Shown here: piece by piece, positions 58,873 to 64,000 of the stretch
Layout of the letters: every line of letters starts with the position of its first letter
Numbering within the stretch: the first letter of the stretch is position 1
NCBI GenBank assembly: GCA_900617105.1
Contig: UYFQ01000001.1
Location: 1,674,001 to 1,738,000, forward strand
Reading direction: 5' to 3'
From: Hydrurus foetidus
Lineage: Eukaryota
DNA: 64,000 nt
The notes under the pieces: model-generated
Databases searched by the model: none
The model's input: only the letters and a program-made list of their open reading frames with translations
Told to the model about the DNA's origin: nothing
Program-made: the position numbers and the translations under genes

Positions 58873-59077
58873 GAAGTGTCTCCTGCAGTAACTGTGCATT
58901 GATGGGGTTGCCATCTGCAATGTAGATGTTTTTAAGCTTAGTTCTCTATTTTGGCACATCCCATTCAAATTTTCAAATTATGCATATTGATTTCATATTA
59001 AGAAAAATAGTGGCATCCCGGCGTTAGTTTCGAAACGCGCCTACAAGGGCTATCCCGTAAAATCCGCTTCTCAATTT

Positions 59078-61717
59078 ATGGCTACTTCTGCACAACCTAT
59101 TCCCGCTAAAACCGCAAGCACCGCGCCTGTGGCGTTGTGGCGCCGATGGTGGCGAAAGCAGTCGCCTGCGCGCCAAGACCGCTTTATTACGCTGGGGCCG
59201 TTGCTCGCAGTGATCTTGTTTTTGGCTGCGGTGGTGGCCGCTTTTGGCTACTTGAGGCTGGAAGAGATTGACCGCGAGCAGCAGGCCGTGAAGCGTGATG
59301 TGGAATACGCCCAGCAGCGTTTGCGGCTGCGCCTGCTGGAGCGCCAAGAGCAATTGATGCGCCTGGGCCGCGACATCTCAAACAACGAAGTCGATGCTGA
59401 CGAATTTGTGGTGCAAACTGAATCGCTGGTTAACCAGTACCCAGAGTTGCTGGCGATCACCTGGGTAGACGCCCGCCGCCGCGTGAAGGCGACTTACTCA
59501 TCTGCCAGCGCCAACAGTGGGCAAATTCGCGCAGTGGGCCAAACCCTGCAAACTGGCGAAACCGACGGCACCTACGATTTAGCCCGCGACCTGCGCCAGC
59601 CGGTGTACTCAAGGCCGTTTGACGGCAAGCGGGACTTGCCCAATGCAGGCGCTGTGCCAGCAATATCCGGCGCGGCCGCATCGCCCGGCGCGGGCACAGC
59701 CGATGCCAGCAAGGGCGACTCTGCGGCGCTGCAATTGCTGGTACCGCTAGACAGCCAAGGCAAATTTGGCGGCGTGATTTTGGCCGAATACTCTATTGAA
59801 GGCATGCTGCGTTTTGGCGTACCGGCTGAAGTTAGCGCCAAGTACGCGGTGGCCTTGATTGACGACAAAGACCGTGTGCTGGCTGGTGCGGCTGCGCCCA
59901 AGCGCAACCCGGCCGGGCGACTGCTGCCGTGGGTGGAAGACGCAGCTGAATATGAAATACCCGTGTCGCTGGTGGGTAACGGCCTGCTGATTCGCGCGCA
60001 GGGCTACCGGGCGTCTCTTGGTGTCGTGGGCAGCGGTTTTTTCTGGCTGGTCAGCGCGCTGTCAGCGCTGACCGTGTGGATGCTTTTGGGCACTTGGCGC
60101 CACACCCGGCGGCGCGTGCAGGCCCAACAAGCACTCATGTTGGAGACCAACTTCAGACGCGCGATGGAAAACTCCATGTTGACCGGCATGCGCGCACTGG
60201 ACATGGCGGGCCGCATCACCTACGTCAACCCGGCTTTTTGCCAGATGACCGGCTGGAGCGAAGCAGAGCTGGTCGGCAGTACACCGCCCTTCCCCTACTG
60301 GCCGCCCGGCGAACAACAATCGCTGCATTCACGCTTGACTGATGAGCTGCAAGGCCGCTCACCGCCCGGCGGTTTTGAGGTGCAGATCAAACGCCGCTCG
60401 GGTGAAGTGTTTGATGCCCGCATGTACGTGTCGCCACTGGTTGACCCCCGTGGTGCGCAAACCGGGTGGATGACGTCAATGACTGACATCACCGAGCCCA
60501 AGCGAATTCGTGAAGAGCTGTCGGCTTCTTATGAGCGCTTTACCACCGTGCTTGAGGGGCTGGACGCAGCGGTATCGGTCGCGCCGCTGGGCAGCGAAGA
60601 GCTGCTGTTTGCCAACAAGCTTTACCGCTCATGGTTTGGCGAGGCAGCCACCGCCGATGTGTCGGGCCACCTCAAGCTGATTGCCCAAGCCGGCGTGCCC
60701 GCTGCCGCCCCCACTGGCGACGCCATGGACGAAGTTGATGGCCTGGCTGGTTTGCCTACCGACAGCCTGACTGCTGCGCAAAGCAAAAACGCTGAAATTT
60801 ACATACCTGAATTAGACAAGTGGCTTGAAGTGCGCTCGCGCTACCTGACCTGGGTAGACGGCCGCCTGGCGCAGATGGTGATTGCCACCGACATCACGCC
60901 GCGGCGCCATGCCGAGGTGCAAGCCGCCCAGCAAAACGAACGCGCGCAAACCGCCAGCCGCCTGATCACCATGGGCGAAATGGCGTCGAGTGTGGCGCAC
61001 GAACTTAACCAGCCGCTGACCGCCATCAACAACTATTGCAATGGCATGGTGACCCGCATCAAAGGCGAAAAAATCACCACTGAAGAACTGTTGATGGCGC
61101 TTGAAAAAACCGCCAAGCAGGCCTCTAGAGCCGGGCAAATTATTCAGCGCATTCGCTCGTTTGTTAAACGCAGCGAGCCGAACCGCAGCTTGGCCGACGT
61201 GACCACGCTGGTAGGCAACGCCATGGAGCTGGCCGAAATAGAGCTGCGCCGCCACAACGTGCGCCAAAGCCACTACATAGCGGCGCGGCTGCCACAAATC
61301 ATGGTCGACCCGATTTTGATTGAGCAAGTGCTGATCAATTTAATGAAGAACGCCGCCGAGTCAATTGAGCACGCCAAGCTGCCCGCCGCGCGCCGAAGTG
61401 TCGAGCTGCGGGTGGTGCCGAAAGTGATTGATGACCAGCAGGTGGTGGAGTTTTCAGTGGCTGACACTGGCAAGGGCATGTCTAACGAAGTCATGGCCCG
61501 GCTGTACGAAGCGTTTTATTCCACCAAGGCTGAAGGCATGGGCATTGGCCTGAAGCTTTGCCGCAGCATTATCGAGTCACACCAGGGGCGGCTGTATGCA
61601 GAGAACCTTTACAATGCCACCAGCGTGGTGGGGTGCCGATTTACCTTTTGGCTACCCGTTGCGCCGCTGGTTGAATCTGCGCCGTTTGCACTGAATTCCG
61701 TGGTTGACGGGAAGTAA
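59078..61717 (+). CDS. PAS-domain sensor histidine kinase (FixL/DctB-like)
   Basis: Two TM, PAS, AHELNQPL, NLMKNA, DTGKG, GMGIGL. Confidence 0.92.
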   Translation: MATSAQPIPAKTASTAPVALWRRWWRKQSPARQDRFITLGPLLAVILFLAAVVAAFGYLRLEEIDREQQAVKRDVEYAQQRLRLRLLERQEQLMRLGRDISNNEVDADEFVVQTESLVNQYPELLAITWVDARRRVKATYSSASANSGQIRAVGQTLQTGETDGTYDLARDLRQPVYSRPFDGKRDLPNAGAVPAISGAAASPGAGTADASKGDSAALQLLVPLDSQGKFGGVILAEYSIEGMLRFGVPAEVSAKYAVALIDDKDRVLAGAAAPKRNPAGRLLPWVEDAAEYEIPVSLVGNGLLIRAQGYRASLGVVGSGFFWLVSALSALTVWMLLGTWRHTRRRVQAQQALMLETNFRRAMENSMLTGMRALDMAGRITYVNPAFCQMTGWSEAELVGSTPPFPYWPPGEQQSLHSRLTDELQGRSPPGGFEVQIKRRSGEVFDARMYVSPLVDPRGAQTGWMTSMTDITEPKRIREELSASYERFTTVLEGLDAAVSVAPLGSEELLFANKLYRSWFGEAATADVSGHLKLIAQAGVPAAAPTGDAMDEVDGLAGLPTDSLTAAQSKNAEIYIPELDKWLEVRSRYLTWVDGRLAQMVIATDITPRRHAEVQAAQQNERAQTASRLITMGEMASSVAHELNQPLTAINNYCNGMVTRIKGEKITTEELLMALEKTAKQASRAGQIIQRIRSFVKRSEPNRSLADVTTLVGNAMELAEIELRRHNVRQSHYIAARLPQIMVDPILIEQVLINLMKNAAESIEHAKLPAARRSVELRVVPKVIDDQQVVEFSVADTGKGMSNEVMARLYEAFYSTKAEGMGIGLKLCRSIIESHQGRLYAENLYNATSVVGCRFTFWLPVAPLVESAPFALNSVVDGK

Positions 61718-61794
61718 TGAAGGGCGTGGCAATCAATGACCCAAGCTCGTTTTTGAGCGGCACCCATAACACTGGTTGTTAAAGAAAGTTTGCT

Positions 61795-62421
61795 ATGAGC
61801 TTGATTCCGAAAAAGGGCACCGTGTACGTCGTTGATGACGACGAAGGCGTGCGCGACTCGCTGCAGTGGCTGCTGGAAGGCAAAGACTACCGCGTGCGCT
61901 GCTACGACTCGGCTGAAACTTTTTTAAGCCGCTACGACGCCCGCGAGGTCGCCTGCCTGATTGTCGATATCCGCATGGCGGGAATGACGGGCCTTGAGCT
62001 GCAAGACAAACTGGTTGAGCGCAAATCACCGCTGCCCATCGTGTTTATCACCGGCCACGGTGACGTGCCGATGGCCGTGACCACCATGAAAAAAGGTGCG
62101 ATGGACTTTATTCAAAAGCCGTTCCAGGAAGAAGCGCTGGTGAATTTGGTCGAGCGCATGCTGGAGCAAGCCAGAGTCGCCTTTGCGGGCCACCAGCAGT
62201 CGGCCAGCCGCGACGCCCTGCTGGCCAAACTGACCACGCGCGAAACCCAGGTGCTGGAGCGCATTGTGGCGGGCCGCTTGAACAAACAAATTGCCGACGA
62301 CCTCGGCATCAGTATTAAAACGGTGGAGGCGCACCGCGCCAACATCATGGAAAAACTCAACGCCAACACCGTTGCCGACCTGTTGAAAATTGCATTGGGT
62401 TCGACCACAGCCAAGGCCTGA
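61795..62421 (+). CDS. FixJ/LuxR-type response regulator
   Basis: VVDDD, VDIRM, TGHGD, NKQIA...TVEAHR. Confidence 0.92.
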   Translation: MSLIPKKGTVYVVDDDEGVRDSLQWLLEGKDYRVRCYDSAETFLSRYDAREVACLIVDIRMAGMTGLELQDKLVERKSPLPIVFITGHGDVPMAVTTMKKGAMDFIQKPFQEEALVNLVERMLEQARVAFAGHQQSASRDALLAKLTTRETQVLERIVAGRLNKQIADDLGISIKTVEAHRANIMEKLNANTVADLLKIALGSTTAKA

Positions 62422-62447
62422 CAAGGCAATTCAACCATTGCTTTTGG

Positions 62448-62495
62448 GCTATTAATTCAGTAGCAACTCGCGCCCGTACCCATTAGGCTGACGGG
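62448..62495 (+). repeat. Repeat family A
   Basis: GCTATTAATTCAGTAGCAACTCGCGCCCGTACCCATTAGGC. Confidence 0.75.
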
Positions 62496-62567
62496 CGTTT
62501 TTGTTGCCCAATCAGCCTCGAAACTGCTCAAAATCACTCAAAATCACTCAGGATCATTCAAAGCACC

Positions 62568-63413
62568 ATGACGGCTCAACTCATTGACGGCAACGCCCTG
62601 TCCAAGCAACTGCGCCTTGACGTAGCCAGACGCGCGACTGCGTTGCGCGCACGCGGCATCACGCCGGGCCTGGCAGTGGTGCTGGTGGGCGATAACCCGG
62701 CCAGCCAGGTGTATGTGCGCAACAAAGTCAAAGCCTGCGAAGACAACGGCTTGTATTCAGTATTAGACAAACACCCCGCTACCTTGAGCGAAGCCGACTT
62801 ATTGGCACGGGTGGACGCGCTGAACCATGACCCGGCCATTCACGGCATATTGGTTCAGTTGCCGTTGCCTTCACACATCGATGCACATAAGGTCATTGAA
62901 GCGATTGCTCCGGCTAAGGACGTGGACGGCTTTCACGTGGCCAGCGCAGGCGCATTACTGGTCGGCCAGCCGGGTTTTTGGCCCTGCACGCCCTACGGCT
63001 GCATGAAGATGCTGGAAAGTGTTGGTTACGAGCTGCGCGGCAAGCACGCAGTGGTCATTGGCCGCAGCAACATCGTCGGCAAACCCATGGCGCTGATGCT
63101 GCTGCAAAAAAATGCCACGGTCACCATTTGCCACAGCGCCACGGTTGATTTGAAAGCCATGACGCTGCAAGCCGACGTGATTGTCGCTGCAGTGGGCAAG
63201 CGCAACGTGTTGACCGCCGACATGGTCAAACCCGGTGCCGTGGTGATTGACGTGGGTATGAACCGCGACGACATCGGCAAGCTGTGTGGCGACGTTGATT
63301 TTGAAGGCGTGAACCAGGTTGCGGGCTACATCACGCCTGTGCCGGGTGGTGTGGGGCCGATGACGATCACTATGCTGCTGGTGAATACACTTGAGGCTGC
63401 AGAGCGCTTGTAA
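62568..63413 (+). CDS. folD: Methylene-THF dehydrogenase/cyclohydrolase
   Basis: [31 protein letters not shown]. Confidence 0.96.
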   Translation: MTAQLIDGNALSKQLRLDVARRATALRARGITPGLAVVLVGDNPASQVYVRNKVKACEDNGLYSVLDKHPATLSEADLLARVDALNHDPAIHGILVQLPLPSHIDAHKVIEAIAPAKDVDGFHVASAGALLVGQPGFWPCTPYGCMKMLESVGYELRGKHAVVIGRSNIVGKPMALMLLQKNATVTICHSATVDLKAMTLQADVIVAAVGKRNVLTADMVKPGAVVIDVGMNRDDIGKLCGDVDFEGVNQVAGYITPVPGGVGPMTITMLLVNTLEAAERL

Positions 63414-63419
63414 GCCGCG

Positions 63420-63842
63420 CTATTTTTCCCGACTCAATGTCCAAAGCGCAAAACCAGCGCACAGCCACTGCCCAAAATACATCGCACTGCCTAGGCCGTG
63501 CAGTAGCTTTAAATTGCCACCGTCAGCCCGGGCGCTGATGATTCGAGGGGACAGGCCGAACTCAACAAGCACTGCCAGCAGCAATCCAGCTACTACAAAT
63601 TTAATAGCTGCTCGCGCCCGTATATCTTGGTCTACAGGGTCTTTTTGATTGAAAATAAGCAATAAAAACAGGGCGCAGGCAATGCTGAGCCAGGTTTGCG
63701 CGGTGAACAACTTGGCGGCCATTTGCCCTGCGGCTGCTGGGCTCGGCAGGTTGGTAAAAAGCATCGGCACCACTACAAAACCCAGTAATGTCAGGCTGCC
63801 CCACCACAGGGCGGCTAGCATCAAGCCAAAACGGTAGCGCAT
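63420..63842 (-). CDS. DUF4149-like membrane protein
   Basis: Four hydrophobic segments, VVPMLF..L...AAGQMA. Confidence 0.75.
   Translation of the reverse strand: MRYRFGLMLAALWWGSLTLLGFVVVPMLFTNLPSPAAAGQMAAKLFTAQTWLSIACALFLLLIFNQKDPVDQDIRARAAIKFVVAGLLLAVLVEFGLSPRIISARADGGNLKLLHGLGSAMYFGQWLCAGFALWTLSREK
63592..63638 (+). repeat. Repeat family A inside the DUF4149-like gene
   Basis: AATAGCTGCTCGCGCCCGTATATCTTGGTCTACAGG. Confidence 0.8.
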
Positions 63843-63845
63843 GGG

Positions 63846-64000
63846 TTAGATGTACATCACCGCAATGATCTCGTAGCGCTTGAGCCCGCCAGGGGCTTGA
63901 AATTCGACCGAGTCACCTTCGTCTTTCCCAATCAGCGCTCTTGCAATCGGCGAATTGATATTGACCCGGCCAAACTTGATATCGGCTTCGTCTTCCCCCA
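63846..64000 (-). CDS. greA: Transcription elongation factor GreA, C-terminal part
   Basis: Manual translation [50 protein letters not shown]. Confidence 0.9.
   Translation of the reverse strand, partial: GEDEADIKFGRVNINSPIARALIGKDEGDSVEFQAPGGLKRYEIIAVMYI

Noticed and set aside
58873..58968. N-terminal extensions in the ORF track (aceE; likewise scoA, phaZ, phnD-like, Bug, integrase, mobC)
   Set aside because: Downstream starts fit RBS position or family N-termini better
58991..59005. TTTC-N7-GAAA pseudo-palindrome upstream of aceE
   Set aside because: Too short in an AT-rich spacer to assign a regulator
11420..63638. Family A repeats as a CRISPR array
   Set aside because: Dispersed, degenerate, in both orientations, with no regular spacers or cas genes

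Overview
Chromosomal window from a betaproteobacterium; gene content and order suggest Comamonadaceae, possibly Polaromonas-like (inference). Bases 1-10800 are the right part of an integrated mobile element that runs off the left edge. It carries a HigB-like/HigA-fusion pair, a D5/P4-type SF3 helicase, MobC plus a ColE1-like (MOBP5/HEN-type) relaxase, an XRE-associated cluster of three membrane proteins (two are tandem paralogs) and a tyrosine integrase. It abuts the 5' end of a tRNA-Gly(CCC) whose two halves do not pair perfectly. Bases 10.9-36.3 kb are mostly housekeeping and metabolic genes (scoAB, lgt, ilvD, cytochrome c, acs, fumC/class I fumarase, murI, dodecin, ygiD, phaZ, rsxB, LysE, esterase, dcyD-like, Bug, PhnCDE-like ABC transporter). 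Bases 36.5-51.9 kb are accessory: two integron-like cassettes with decayed attC sites, a 3-hydroxybenzoate hydroxylase with a LysR regulator, a nucleotidyltransferase/small-protein pair, and a type I R-M operon with RloC-like ATPase and RhuM genes inside it. Bases 52-64 kb hold lpdA, a proteasome-like gene, aceF, aceE, a PAS kinase/response regulator pair, folD, DUF4149 and partial greA. A ~48-bp palindromic repeat occurs about 18 times, six of them in frame inside protein-coding genes. A second palindrome family sits in the PDH linkers, and an RPE-like 143-bp MITE overlaps the dcyD stop. All calls are by eye; no database searches were run.
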